This document shows, in pieces, positions 10,110 through 19,436 of a stretch of DNA of 58,716 nucleotides. Position numbers and translations under genes: made by a program. The stretch comes from Clostridia bacterium (GTDB lineage: Bacteria; Bacillota; Dehalobacteriia; UBA7702): the NCBI GenBank assembly GCA_051866595.1, contig JBJDXI010000054.1, positions 1-58,716 of the forward strand, written 5' to 3'. Every line of letters begins with the position of its first letter. Position 1 is the stretch's first letter. The notes under the pieces were generated by a model that saw only the letters and a program-made list of their open reading frames with translations, searched no databases and was not told where the DNA came from.

Positions 10110-10799
10110 TCAGTCTCTGCTGTTTCCAAAAATCAATAACAAACGAAGGAGCTGCAAAATCGCCATGACCGCCGCGGCCACATAAGTCCACGCGGCGGCG
10201 GAAAGAACTTTTTTACCGCCGGCAAGTTCGTCGTTATCCAAAAAACCGTAATAGGCCACTTGTTGAAGGGCTCTGGAAGAAGCGTTGAACTCCACCGGCA
10301 GCGTAACAAGCTGGAAGAGCACAACAAAGGAAAAGAGGATAATACCGATCTGAACAAGGGGCTCAATGGATAAAATCAAGCCGGCAATCAACAGAATCCA
10401 AGAGGCATAGTTTCCGAGGTTCGCCGCGGGCACCAGCATACTGCGGATACTCAGAGGCTTGTATTCCTCATGATGCTGAATCGCGTGGCCGACTTCATGA
10501 GCGGCGACGCAGATGGCGGCAATGGAAGATTCACCGTACACCGTTTCGGAAAGAAACAGCTTTTTCTTCGTGGGATGGTAATGATCGGTCATGCTGCCGG
10601 CAACACGCTCAATACCGACATCATAAATGCCGTTGGCTTCTAATAATTTCTGTGCCACTTGAGCTCCGGTCACACCGGTACGGCTGTATACCCTTGAATA
10701 ACGGTTAAAGTTTGACTGTACTTTGAACTGAGCCCATACAGATAAAATAATCGCGGGGATTAAAAGTATATACGTCGGATCCAAATAAAACATCGGCAT
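10110..10799 (-). CDS. membrane zinc metallopeptidase (YugP / Zn_peptidase_2 family)
   Basis: 229 aa with an HEVGHAIQH zincin motif, N- and C-terminal TM segments and a family-typical length. It lies between fmt and rsmB, as in many Clostridia. Confidence 0.8.
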   Translation of the reverse strand: MPMFYLDPTYILLIPAIILSVWAQFKVQSNFNRYSRVYSRTGVTGAQVAQKLLEANGIYDVGIERVAGSMTDHYHPTKKKLFLSETVYGESSIAAICVAAHEVGHAIQHHEEYKPLSIRSMLVPAANLGNYASWILLIAGLILSIEPLVQIGIILFSFVVLFQLVTLPVEFNASSRALQQVAYYGFLDNDELAGGKKVLSAAAWTYVAAAVMAILQLLRLLLIFGNSRD

Positions 10800-10818
10800 A
10801 AATTCATATCACCTTTCC

Positions 10819-11760
10819 TTACTGTTCTGTTGAAAATTTCAGCACTTCTTTTTCACGTAAACCACGGTACCAGTCGTTGGCGTTCATTTCTTTTTTCCCC
10901 TGGGGCTTCACCGATACCAGGTATAAAATTCCGCCCCTCACCGCCACGGCAACACCTTTTTTCTTTTCCGCCCGCAAAACAGTGCCCGGTTCTTCTCCCG
11001 ATGCTCCCGGTTCAAAAACCGTCCGGATCAATTTAAAAGGTGCCCCGGAGAGAAACGTATAAGCGCCGGGTTCCGAAGACAGACTGCGGATCTGATTGTG
11101 AATGGCGCGTCCGTCATCCTCCCAGTGAATACGTTCATCTTCCCTTGTCAGAAGCTGACAATAGGTGGCCTTTTGGTGATCCTGCGGTACCCGCGGCGCG
11201 CGTCCGGCTTCCAGCAGATCAAGACATTCCACAATCATCCGTCCGCCCAGAAGCCCCATCCGTTCTCTCAGGGAATCAAAATTCTCATTTTCATCAATGG
11301 ACAGAGATTCCATTTTCATGATGTCCCCTTCGTCCATGCCTTCGCTCATATACATAATGGTGATTCCCGTTTCCGTTTCACCGTTATGCAGAACGGCGTT
11401 CATCGGAGAAGCGCCCCGGTACGCCGGCAGAAGCGAGCCGTGGATATTCAGCACACCATAGGGTAAAAGTTCCAGCAATTCTTTTTTTAAGATACGTCCA
11501 AAGGCGGAAACGACAATCACATCGGCATTAAGTGCTTTCAGCTCTTCCAAAAAAGCCGCATCATTTACATTTTCCGGCGTATATACCGGCAGTGCCAACT
11601 CCAACGCTCTTTTTTTCAAAGCCGTAGGCTGGAGCTGTTTTTTCCGTCCCTTCACTTTATCCACGCGGCTTACCACCGCGACAACCTCATGGGAACTTTC
11701 CGTCAGCGCGTCAAGACCGTATACGGAAAATTCCGGGCTTCCCATATATATGACTCTCAT
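10819..11760 (-). CDS. fmt: methionyl-tRNA formyltransferase
   Basis: 313 aa with the formyltransferase motifs (NIHGSLLPAYRGASP) and a C-terminal Fmt domain. There is a 4-nt overlap with def. Confidence 0.95.
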   Translation of the reverse strand: MRVIYMGSPEFSVYGLDALTESSHEVVAVVSRVDKVKGRKKQLQPTALKKRALELALPVYTPENVNDAAFLEELKALNADVIVVSAFGRILKKELLELLPYGVLNIHGSLLPAYRGASPMNAVLHNGETETGITIMYMSEGMDEGDIMKMESLSIDENENFDSLRERMGLLGGRMIVECLDLLEAGRAPRVPQDHQKATYCQLLTREDERIHWEDDGRAIHNQIRSLSSEPGAYTFLSGAPFKLIRTVFEPGASGEEPGTVLRAEKKKGVAVAVRGGILYLVSVKPQGKKEMNANDWYRGLREKEVLKFSTEQ

Positions 11761-12209
11761 TTCTTTTCCTTCTTTGCCTTATCAATGAATAAAATGCCGT
11801 CCAAATGATCCATCTCATGCTGTAAAGCCACGGCGGTAAAATCTTTCGCTTTAATCTGTACGGGATGACCGTCACGATCCAGACCTTCCACAAAGATGGT
11901 TTTATAGCGTTCCACCGGCGCGAAATAACCTGGAACGCTGAGGCAGCCTTCTTCTCCGACTTGTTTTCCCCGGCCTTTCAGCAACACCGGATTCACCAGT
12001 TCAATCAATCCTTCCCCGACATCTACCACAATAATCCGTCGGGAGATTCCGACCTGAGGCGCGGCAAGGCCGACGCCTTCCGAAGCGTACATTGTTTCCG
12101 CCATATCGTCCAATAACGTGCGGATAGTATCGTTTACTTCGCTGACGGGTTTCGCCTTTTGACGAAGTACAGTGCTTTCCCCGGCTTTTTCAATTGAATA
12201 AATTGCCAT
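11757..12209 (-). CDS. def: peptide deformylase
   Basis: 150 aa with the three PDF motifs (GVGLAAPQ, EGCLSVPG, QHEMDH). Confidence 0.95.
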   Translation of the reverse strand: MAIYSIEKAGESTVLRQKAKPVSEVNDTIRTLLDDMAETMYASEGVGLAAPQVGISRRIIVVDVGEGLIELVNPVLLKGRGKQVGEEGCLSVPGYFAPVERYKTIFVEGLDRDGHPVQIKAKDFTAVALQHEMDHLDGILFIDKAKKEKK

Positions 12210-12218
12210 TTCTTCTCC

Positions 12219-14426
12219 TTATACCGAATGAATCGGTTCCGTTTCTATTTGAATTGATATATTTTTATCTATTAATTTTTCGCTTTGCAACCGCAAAATT
12301 CCTTTATTTATTATTTCTCTCAAGAGAAAAAGTTTATTCCCCAAAAAGGTCAGAACCCATTTGTCTTTTCCCCGGTCTCTGTATACCGACGGAGATGGGC
12401 CAAAAATACGGACATCTTCCTCTTCCAAAGAAAAACAGTTTTTTATTTCCTTGAGTTCCTCTCCGGAAAGATATTCACAAGGCGCCGTGATGATGACTTT
12501 CATCAAATGGGCAAAGGGCGGATAACCGAAGCGGCGTCGGTTTTTCATTTCCAGATGAAAATAGGTATCGTAATCCTGTAATCCGCCGAGAATCAGCGCC
12601 GGTTCCTCGGGACGGTACGTCTGCAAAATCACCGTCCCCTGCTCACCACCGCGTCCACAGCGTCCGGCAACCTGAGCTACCATCTGAAACGTCTTTTCCC
12701 CGGATCGAAAATCGGGAAAGTTCAACGTGTAATCCGCGGCAATCATGCCGATCAACGCCACACCGGGGAAATCCCATCCTTTGGCAATCATCCGCGTACC
12801 GATCAGAATATGCGTCTCGCCGCTTTTCATGCGCCTGTATACTTCATCCACAGAGCCTTTCAGGCGCGTGCTGTCTGAATCCAGTCGATCCATCACCGCG
12901 TCGGGAAAATGCCGGGCAACAATTTCTTCCAACTGATCCATGCCGAAGCCGAAATATTTAATGCGGTGACTGCCGCATTCCGGGCATCGGTTTTTATTTT
13001 CCATCTGATAATCACAGCGCGTACAGCGCAGGCGCTGTTCTTTCTGATAGTACGTCAGTGAAATTCCGCAATTCGGACAGCGGTAAACAAATCCGCAGTC
13101 CCTGCAGGAAACGAAAGTATGGTATCCCAAACGATTGAGAAACAGCATCACCTGTTTTCCTTCAGACAACGTTTTTTCCATCGCCTTCAGAAGATCACGA
13201 CTTAAAACCTCTGTCCAGCCGGCTTTCAGCTCTTCTCTCATATCTACCGTCATCATCGCCGGCAGAGGCGTTCCTCCGACGCGATGTCCCAGCGTAATCA
13301 GGAAATATTCACCCTTCATCGCTTTTTCATAAGATTCAAAGGAAGGCGTCGCGCTGCCCATAACAAAGTCCGCGTCGTGAATCTGACACCGAAGTTCCGC
13401 CGCTACCCGGGCATGAAACCGCGGAGAGGAGTCCTGTTCGTAACTGTCCTCATGTTCTTCATCCATGATGATCAGACCGAGATTTTCCGCGGGAGCAAAA
13501 ACACAGGATCGAGCGCCCAGAGCAATCCGGGCGTTCCCCTGACGAAAGGCATACCAGGCGTCCCTCCGCTCTCCGTCGCTGAGACGACTGTGGAACAATG
13601 CTACTTTTCCGTAAAACCGCTGTTCAAAAATGGAGACAAACTGAGGAGTCAGAGCGATTTCCGGCAGCAGAACAATGACCTGTTTTCCCTTTTTCAGCGT
13701 ATCTTCCGTCAATCGCAGATAAAGCTCGGTTTTGCCGGAGCCGGTCACGCCGTGAATCAGAATCGGCCGGTGATCTCCATATTTCCGGTTGCGGATCGCT
13801 GTCAGCGCCTGATGCTGTTCTTCCGTCAGTTCGGGAACAGTAATTTCTTCTTTGGGGAGATGACGATAAGAATACCGCTGTACTTTTCGGTTTTCTTTTT
13901 CCGCGATACCGTTTTTGACCAAACCGCCGCACACCGTCGGACTGAATCCTTGTTCCTGCGCGGCCTGAAAGGAAATTTCGCCCTGTTCTTTCAGAATTCC
14001 GGCCAGTACCCGCTGTTTCTCACTTCGGAGTTTTAAAATATCTTTCCCGCTTTCTTTGAAAATCAACCAAGGTTCCGTTTTTTGTTTCTGAGCTTTACCG
14101 AAAAGATTGATTCCCCGGGGAATCATGGCTTTCAGCATACCAATGGTCGTATTCATATAGTAACGGCTTAGCAAATCCGCAAGGACAATCAGATCCTCGG
14201 GAAAAAGAAATTCCTCATTGAGAATACCGTCAATATATTTGATATGATATTCTTCGGAAGGCTCCGCATAACCGACAACAATCCCTTTTTCCGTACGTTG
14301 ACCGAAAGGAACCGAAACGACACTGCCGATCTGAACGAGTCCCAGCCATTCCGGAGGCACTTCATAAACGAAGTCATGATTGAGGTTCTTTACTTTTTTA
14401 TTGATAATTACCTTCACATACTGCAT
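12219..14426 (-). CDS. priA: primosomal replication restart helicase PriA
   Basis: Walker A is GVTGSGKTE and the DEAH-type box is MDEEHE. The Cys-rich zinc-binding insertion is CRDCGFVYRCPNCGISLTYY...RCTRCDY...CPECGS. Start set at ATG 14426 (MQYVKVI). The ORF-track TTG at 14459 lies inside the nrdG terminator stem. Confidence 0.9.
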   Translation of the reverse strand: MQYVKVIINKKVKNLNHDFVYEVPPEWLGLVQIGSVVSVPFGQRTEKGIVVGYAEPSEEYHIKYIDGILNEEFLFPEDLIVLADLLSRYYMNTTIGMLKAMIPRGINLFGKAQKQKTEPWLIFKESGKDILKLRSEKQRVLAGILKEQGEISFQAAQEQGFSPTVCGGLVKNGIAEKENRKVQRYSYRHLPKEEITVPELTEEQHQALTAIRNRKYGDHRPILIHGVTGSGKTELYLRLTEDTLKKGKQVIVLLPEIALTPQFVSIFEQRFYGKVALFHSRLSDGERRDAWYAFRQGNARIALGARSCVFAPAENLGLIIMDEEHEDSYEQDSSPRFHARVAAELRCQIHDADFVMGSATPSFESYEKAMKGEYFLITLGHRVGGTPLPAMMTVDMREELKAGWTEVLSRDLLKAMEKTLSEGKQVMLFLNRLGYHTFVSCRDCGFVYRCPNCGISLTYYQKEQRLRCTRCDYQMENKNRCPECGSHRIKYFGFGMDQLEEIVARHFPDAVMDRLDSDSTRLKGSVDEVYRRMKSGETHILIGTRMIAKGWDFPGVALIGMIAADYTLNFPDFRSGEKTFQMVAQVAGRCGRGGEQGTVILQTYRPEEPALILGGLQDYDTYFHLEMKNRRRFGYPPFAHLMKVIITAPCEYLSGEELKEIKNCFSLEEEDVRIFGPSPSVYRDRGKDKWVLTFLGNKLFLLREIINKGILRLQSEKLIDKNISIQIETEPIHSV

Positions 14427-14439
14427 AGCGTAAATCAGG

Positions 14440-14466
14440 AAAAAACCTTGCGTAAGCAAGGTTTTT
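14440..14466 (-). terminator. short intrinsic terminator after nrdG
   Basis: The A6-CCTTGC-gtaa-GCAAGG-T6 palindrome begins right after the nrdG TGA. It has a GC-rich 6-bp stem and U6 on the minus-strand RNA. Confidence 0.6.
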
Positions 14467-14964
14467 TCATAACAGAAATTCTTCCGCCGTGCCGGAAACC
14501 AATGATTCCGGCACGTTAATCAAGCGTTGGTTTTTCGATCCGCGAAAAGGCAGATCCAATGTGCGCTGTTCCAATAAAAAGGGACCGTCTACCAGAACAT
14601 CAACGTTTTTCAGAAGAGCCATCATATCCGGATCGGATTTTTTCATCAGATCCTCCCAGGTCCAACCGGTATAGCACCAGACGTTCAAACCGCTTTCGTG
14701 GGCTTTTTCCGCCAGTTCCGCCAGGGGCAACGGCTGCACCAGCGGATCGCCACCGCTGAACGTAATCCCGGAAAGGAGAGGATTTTCCTCAATCTCCCGC
14801 CAGATCATACCGGTATCCGCTTCCCTACCGCCCTTCAGATCATGGGTCTGAGGATTATGGCAGCCCTCACAACGGTGGGTGCATCCCTGAGTATAAACAG
14901 CGTAACGCAGACCGGGACCATCCACTATGGAATCATTGACCAGCGCGGCAATTCGGATCTTCAT
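14467..14964 (-). CDS. nrdG: anaerobic ribonucleoside-triphosphate reductase activating protein (radical SAM)
   Basis: 165 aa with a DGPGLRYAVYTQGCTHRCEGCHN cluster motif. There is a 4-nt overlap with the nrdD stop. Confidence 0.93.
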   Translation of the reverse strand: MKIRIAALVNDSIVDGPGLRYAVYTQGCTHRCEGCHNPQTHDLKGGREADTGMIWREIEENPLLSGITFSGGDPLVQPLPLAELAEKAHESGLNVWCYTGWTWEDLMKKSDPDMMALLKNVDVLVDGPFLLEQRTLDLPFRGSKNQRLINVPESLVSGTAEEFLL

Positions 14965-17291
14965 TCACAATCATCTCCCGTAGCGGAGCAGGAGCATAAG
15001 CCATGAACGACACGATCCCTTTCTTCCGCCCGTTTCGCGTTATTGAAGCGATTCAACGTTCCCACCAGGTAACCGGTAATACGACGGATACGCTCAAATT
15101 CCACGTGATCTTCGGTCCGTCCGCAATGAGGACAGGTATCTCCGATAATGCCGTTATATCCGCAGACCGGATCACGGTCTACCGGATGGTTGATGGAACC
15201 GTAACCGATGCCCTGTTCTTTCATGCACCGGACAATTTTTTCAAAAGCCTCCAGATTTTGGGAGACGTCGCCGTCCATTTCCACATAAGAGATATGACCG
15301 GCATTGGTCAGCGCGTGATACGGCGCTTCCAGTTTGATTTTCTGAAATGCGCTGATATTATAATAAACGGGAACATGGAAACTGTTGGTATAGTAATCTC
15401 GGTCGGTCACGCCTTTGATGACACCGAAACGTTTTTTATCCATCCGTACAAAGCGTCCGGAAAGGCCTTCCGCCGGCGTAGCGAGAAGCGTGTAATTCAA
15501 CCCGGTTTTCCGGGACATATTATCCAGATAGCTCCGCATAAAGCCGACGATTTCAAGGCCAAGATTCTGAGCCTTTTCACTCTCACCGTGATGAACGCCG
15601 ATCAAAGCCGTCAGCGTTTCCGCCAGACCGATAAAGCCCACAGACAACGTTCCATGTTTCAAGACTTCACCCACTTCGTCGTCCCAATCGAGTTTATCGC
15701 TGTCCAGCCATACACCTTGTCCCATCAAAAAAGGAAAATTCTTTACTTTCTTTTTGCACTGAATGGCAAAACGTTCATTCAGCTGGCGGACGGCAAGATC
15801 CATCTTCCGTTCCAGCTCTTCAAAGAAGAAGCTGACATCGCCTTTGGAGCGGATGGCAATTCGGGGCAGATTCACGGAAGTAAAGGAAAGATTCCCTCTC
15901 TGGGTGGAAATTTCTTTTTCACGATCATGAATGTTGCCGATCACACGGGTACGGCAGCCCATATAAGCGATTTCCGTTTCAGGATGACCTTCTTTATAAT
16001 ATTGCAGATTGAAGGGAGCGTCCTGGAAAGAAAAATTCGGGAAAAGGCGTTTCGCGCTGACACGGCAGGCCAGTTTGAAAAGATCGTAATTGGGATCTCC
16101 CGGGTTATAGTTGACGCCTTCTTTGATCCGGAAAATCTGAATTGGGAAAATGGCGGTTTCGCCCTGCCCCAATCCGGCTTCCGTCGCCAAAAGCAGATTT
16201 TTCATCACAATTCGGCCTTCCGGCGACGTATCGGTACCGTAATTGATGGAGGAAAACGGTGTTTGAGCACCGGCACGGGAATGCATGGTATTCAGATTAT
16301 GGACAAAAGCTTCCATGGCCTGATACGTAATGCGGTTAACTTCATCCAGGGATTTACTGTTGGTAAAATCAATGATTTTTTCCGCCGTTCCGGCGTCAAT
16401 TCCCTGTTTTTTCAGAAAATCAATGTATTTCGGTTTCAGCGCTTCACCGTCAATCTGGGGATCCCCGCAAACCGAGGTCATTTCTTTTGCCAATTCCTCC
16501 GCGTCTTCACGGTTGCACAGCAGGAATACGGCATTGGAAAAGTTACAGCGGAAACGTTTCACAAAAGTCTTATGCACACCGGGGGCCATATCGTAATCAA
16601 AATTCGCGATGCTCTGACCGCCATGCTGGTCATTCTGATTGCTTTGAATCGCAATGCAGGCCAGCGCCGAATAGCTGGTAATATCGTTGGGTTCTCTCAG
16701 AACGCCGTGACCGGTGGAAAAACCGCCGTGAAAGAGTTTCTGCAAATCAATCTGACAGCAGGTCGTCGTCAATGTATAGAAATCCATATCGTGGATATGA
16801 ATATCCCCATCTTTATGGGCATTGGCGAATTCCTTATCGATCACGAACATTTCGTAAAACTGTTTGGAACCTTCCGATCCGTATTTCAGCATCGTGCCCA
16901 TGGCCGTGTCGCCGTCGATATTCGCGTTTTCGCGTTTGATATCCGAATCCTTTGCAGATTTAAATGTAATATCCTGATAAATCCGCATCAAATTGGTATC
17001 CATTTCTCTCTTACGGTTTCTTTCCGCGCGATAAAGGATATAGGCTTTGGCCGTCTGCACAAAGCCGTTGGTCATCAGCACGTCTTCCACAACGTCCTGA
17101 ATATCTTCCACACCGGGCGTGGGATTATCCGCTTTTTCCAGTTCCTCCACAACTTCTTTTGTCAGCATCGCGGCGGTTTCTTCTCTTTTCGAGCTGCCCG
17201 ACGCGATAAAAGCTTTGACAATGGCCTGGGTAATTTTGTCATCATTAAACGGAACTTCGCGTTTATCTCTTTTGATAATTGATTTGATCAT
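14961..17291 (-). CDS. nrdD: anaerobic ribonucleoside-triphosphate reductase (class III, glycyl radical)
   Basis: 776 aa with an N-terminal ATP-cone (IKRDKREVPFNDDKI). The C-terminal zinc ribbon is CGYNGIIGDTCPHCG and the glycyl-radical motif is RRITGYLVG. Confidence 0.95.
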   Translation of the reverse strand: MIKSIIKRDKREVPFNDDKITQAIVKAFIASGSSKREETAAMLTKEVVEELEKADNPTPGVEDIQDVVEDVLMTNGFVQTAKAYILYRAERNRKREMDTNLMRIYQDITFKSAKDSDIKRENANIDGDTAMGTMLKYGSEGSKQFYEMFVIDKEFANAHKDGDIHIHDMDFYTLTTTCCQIDLQKLFHGGFSTGHGVLREPNDITSYSALACIAIQSNQNDQHGGQSIANFDYDMAPGVHKTFVKRFRCNFSNAVFLLCNREDAEELAKEMTSVCGDPQIDGEALKPKYIDFLKKQGIDAGTAEKIIDFTNSKSLDEVNRITYQAMEAFVHNLNTMHSRAGAQTPFSSINYGTDTSPEGRIVMKNLLLATEAGLGQGETAIFPIQIFRIKEGVNYNPGDPNYDLFKLACRVSAKRLFPNFSFQDAPFNLQYYKEGHPETEIAYMGCRTRVIGNIHDREKEISTQRGNLSFTSVNLPRIAIRSKGDVSFFFEELERKMDLAVRQLNERFAIQCKKKVKNFPFLMGQGVWLDSDKLDWDDEVGEVLKHGTLSVGFIGLAETLTALIGVHHGESEKAQNLGLEIVGFMRSYLDNMSRKTGLNYTLLATPAEGLSGRFVRMDKKRFGVIKGVTDRDYYTNSFHVPVYYNISAFQKIKLEAPYHALTNAGHISYVEMDGDVSQNLEAFEKIVRCMKEQGIGYGSINHPVDRDPVCGYNGIIGDTCPHCGRTEDHVEFERIRRITGYLVGTLNRFNNAKRAEERDRVVHGLCSCSATGDDCE

Positions 17292-17366
17292 TTTTTCCTG
17301 TTTTCCCTGCTCAAACCACGAAGCACCTTTGAGCTGGGATTTTGCTCCTATTATTTCTATATTTAT

Positions 17367-17394
17367 ATTATATCATTTCCCCGAAAAATGTAAA
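17367..17394 (-). promoter_or_regulatory. candidate sigma-A promoter of nrdDG
   Basis: Minus strand reads TTTACA (17394-17389), a 16-nt spacer, then an extended -10 TGATATAAT (TATAAT at 17372-17367). It lies about 75 nt upstream of the nrdD ATG and downstream of the preceding terminator. Confidence 0.55.
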
Positions 17395-17465
17395 GTGCGC
17401 CTCAAAATCACTCATTTCCCCGACCTGCGGATTCACAAAACGATAACAAAATTATTTTTCAATTT

Positions 17466-17498
17466 CAAAAAAATTCCGAAACGTCATTGTTCCGGAAT
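17466..17498 (-). terminator. intrinsic terminator of the DUF896 gene
   Basis: Minus-strand RNA is AUUCCGGAAC-aaugac-GUUUCGGAAU, a 10-bp stem with one G-U pair, followed by U7. The TGA stop lies in the loop. Confidence 0.75.
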
Positions 17499-17831
17499 AG
17501 TGTCGTCATCCTGATGATGATTGTGATTGTGATCATGATCGTGACCGCAGCAACAGTGTCCGTGTTCATGATCATGGTGATGATGGTCATGATCCGGATG
17601 ATAATGATGATGCTTGCGGGTTTCCTCCGAACTTCTCTTTTTAAGAGGAGTCAAGGTACCGTCTTTTTCCTGAATCAAAATACTTTCCAGCGTCGCTCTG
17701 GTACCGGCACGAAAAGCCTCGATATACTCCTGACGCAAAGCGGCTCTTTCCACGGTTTCCTCATCGGTAAGCCCCACGGTTTTGGCTTTCCGGGCCAATT
17801 CATTAATACGATCCAATTTTGCTTTTTCCAT
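17484..17831 (-). CDS. DUF896 (UPF0291 / YnzC-like) protein with C-terminal His/Cys-rich tail
   Basis: Residues 1-65 (MEKAKLDRINELARKAKTVGLTDEETVERAALRQEYIEAFRAGTRATLESI...) match the short helical DUF896 pattern. Residues 74-106 are HHHYHPDHDHHHHDHEHGHCCCGHDHDHNHNHH. Confidence 0.8.
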   Translation of the reverse strand: MEKAKLDRINELARKAKTVGLTDEETVERAALRQEYIEAFRAGTRATLESILIQEKDGTLTPLKKRSSEETRKHHHYHPDHDHHHHDHEHGHCCCGHDHDHNHNHHQDDDTIPEQ

Positions 17832-17842
17832 AATTTTCTCCG

Positions 17843-18667
17843 TTAAAATAAACTGTTATCAATTTCATCAATAATGTTCCGCCGATCCTGAAAAACAGGA
17901 ATCATCTTGCGGATAAAGTAACGGTCATCGGTATTGACGCGGCATATCTTCAGCTCTTCTTTTGTACCGCATTCCGCGGCAATGGTTCCATCCGGCGCGA
18001 CAATCATCGAACCACCGCTGTAAGCAATGCCGTCGTTGCCGCATCGGTTTACGCCGACAACGTAAACCTGATTTTCAATGGCTCTCGCCTGAAGAAGCAC
18101 TTTAAAATGGTTCATCCGTGCGGAAGGCCACTGGGCGGGAACGAAAATTACCGAAGCGTCCCGAAGTGCAAGATTCCGGCAGAAGGAAGGAAATCTCAGA
18201 TCGTAGCAGAGCATCAGACCAAAGGTCTCATCATTCTCCTGAAACAATCCCCACTCATCACCTTCCCGGAACATTTCTTTTTCCTCAATTCCCAGAGGAA
18301 AAAGATGCGCCTTGCGGTATTTTGCCACCAATTCCCCTTTTTTATTGATCACAGGAAGCGTATTATAAATACCCTTTTCATGACGTTCCGCAATGCTTCC
18401 GCCGATAATATGAACTTGCTTTTCCTTTGCCAGTTTCCGCAGGAATCCGACGCTTGCTCCTTTCAGCGTTTCCGCTTTTTCGGAAAGACCCGTTTTATCA
18501 TATCCGATATTCCAAAGCTCCGGCAGGACAAGAACATCACAATCTTCCGGCAGGTTTTCCGTGAGACGGAGAATCGTCGCCATGTTCTTTTCCCGGTCTC
18601 CCAAAGCGACATCCATTTGCGCCAAGGCGATGTTCAGATTCACATCATCATCCCTTTCTGATTTCAC
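17843..18667 (-). CDS. carbon-nitrogen hydrolase family protein (nitrilase superfamily amidohydrolase)
   Basis: 274 aa with the Glu-Lys-Cys catalytic triad contexts (VLPELW, YRKAHLF, LMLCYDLRFP). The GTG start at 18667 has AAGAGGA upstream. An alternative GTG at 18643 is also preceded by an SD-like AAAGGGA. Confidence 0.85.
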   Translation of the reverse strand: MKSERDDDVNLNIALAQMDVALGDREKNMATILRLTENLPEDCDVLVLPELWNIGYDKTGLSEKAETLKGASVGFLRKLAKEKQVHIIGGSIAERHEKGIYNTLPVINKKGELVAKYRKAHLFPLGIEEKEMFREGDEWGLFQENDETFGLMLCYDLRFPSFCRNLALRDASVIFVPAQWPSARMNHFKVLLQARAIENQVYVVGVNRCGNDGIAYSGGSMIVAPDGTIAAECGTKEELKICRVNTDDRYFIRKMIPVFQDRRNIIDEIDNSLF

Positions 18668-19436
18668 GAATCCTCTTTTCCCGGCGAATATCCTTCACAT
18701 TTTCCATACGGAGAAAACGGCAGGCTTCCATCAGACGCGAAAAGATACGGGAACCCAACAGTTTTTCCAGATCCTGATTTTCCAGATTTGTCGTCACAAT
18801 GGTCGGCCGCTCAAAATTCACACGGTAATTCAGAATCGCGAAAATGGTTTTCAGGGACCAATCGGTATAATTATGGGCGCCCAGATCATCCAGAACAAGA
18901 ATCGGCACATTTTTGACCTCAGACATCAGATCGCTTTCACTGACCTCTGAGGATTTCTGGAAACTTTCGCGGATCTGATCCAAAAAATCCGGCACAATAA
19001 CAAATTTCACCTCGTGTCCCCGGTCAATCAGCGCGTTGGCGCAGGACGCGGCCAGAAACGTTTTACCGCCGCCGACACCGCCCTGAAAGAGCAGCCCGTT
19101 GGGTGTTTCACCGGCATCCACGTCCTCCACAAAAGATTTCGCGATATTCAAAATCTTTCCGGCATTTTCCCGATAGGTCATCATATTTTTCGGGCCCTTT
19201 TCATCGGCGTAAAAGGAAAGATCGAAGGCCTCAAAGGTCTGGCGGGCAAGGTGCGGCGAAATACCGGCTTTCCGCCGGCGGGCATCGGTCATTTTCTTTT
19301 TTGAACAGCGGCAGGTATAGGCAATGTCACCTTTAAAGTAAACCCCCTGATCCTTGCAAATGGGGCATTGATAGACTTTGTCTTCCTCTTTTACAATGTT
19401 TTTGGCATCAAAAGGAATTTCGGAAAAATGTTTCAT
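18648..19436 (-). CDS. helicase-loader ATPase (DnaI/DnaC, IstB-like AAA+)
   Basis: 262 aa with an N-terminal zinc module (CPICKDQG ... YTCRC), Walker A GGVGGGKTFL and Walker B LVLDDLG. It is paired with a DnaD-domain gene. Confidence 0.85.
   Translation of the reverse strand: MKHFSEIPFDAKNIVKEEDKVYQCPICKDQGVYFKGDIAYTCRCSKKKMTDARRRKAGISPHLARQTFEAFDLSFYADEKGPKNMMTYRENAGKILNIAKSFVEDVDAGETPNGLLFQGGVGGGKTFLAASCANALIDRGHEVKFVIVPDFLDQIRESFQKSSEVSESDLMSEVKNVPILVLDDLGAHNYTDWSLKTIFAILNYRVNFERPTIVTTNLENQDLEKLLGSRIFSRLMEACRFLRMENVKDIRREKRIREIRKG

Noticed and set aside
15003-17282. 759-aa plus-strand ORF covering almost all of nrdD in antisense
   Set aside because: The ORF is in the codon-aligned antisense frame (both frames have codon boundaries at coordinates divisible by 3). 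A stop can arise there only where nrdD uses TTA, CTA or TCA. The open frame therefore just shows that nrdD avoids those three codons over 759 codons, which is strong codon bias. The translation is low-complexity (F/I/G/H/R/N-rich) with no recognisable motif, while the minus-strand product is an unmistakable class III RNR.
17292-17400. NrdR box(es) in the AT-rich nrdD promoter region (atataatataaatatag)
   Set aside because: The segment lacks the conserved C and G positions of the acaCwAtATaTwGtgt palindrome and no tandem pair is visible. The resemblance is just AT-richness around the -10.
17514-17612. Imperfect trinucleotide (ATG/GTG/ATC) repetition that could be mistaken for a microsatellite or repeat array
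   Set aside because: It is in frame and encodes the His/Asp/Cys tail. It has no spacer-repeat periodicity and no flanking direct repeats, so it is not a CRISPR or mobile-element feature.
17487-17846. 119-aa plus-strand ORF that looks like a very hydrophobic Met/Val/Ile-rich membrane peptide
   Set aside because: It is the antisense reading of the His/Asp codon repeat (CAT/CAC/GAT become ATG/GTG/ATC). The minus-strand frame has a conserved DUF896 N-terminus and a terminator, so the plus-strand ORF is an artefact.
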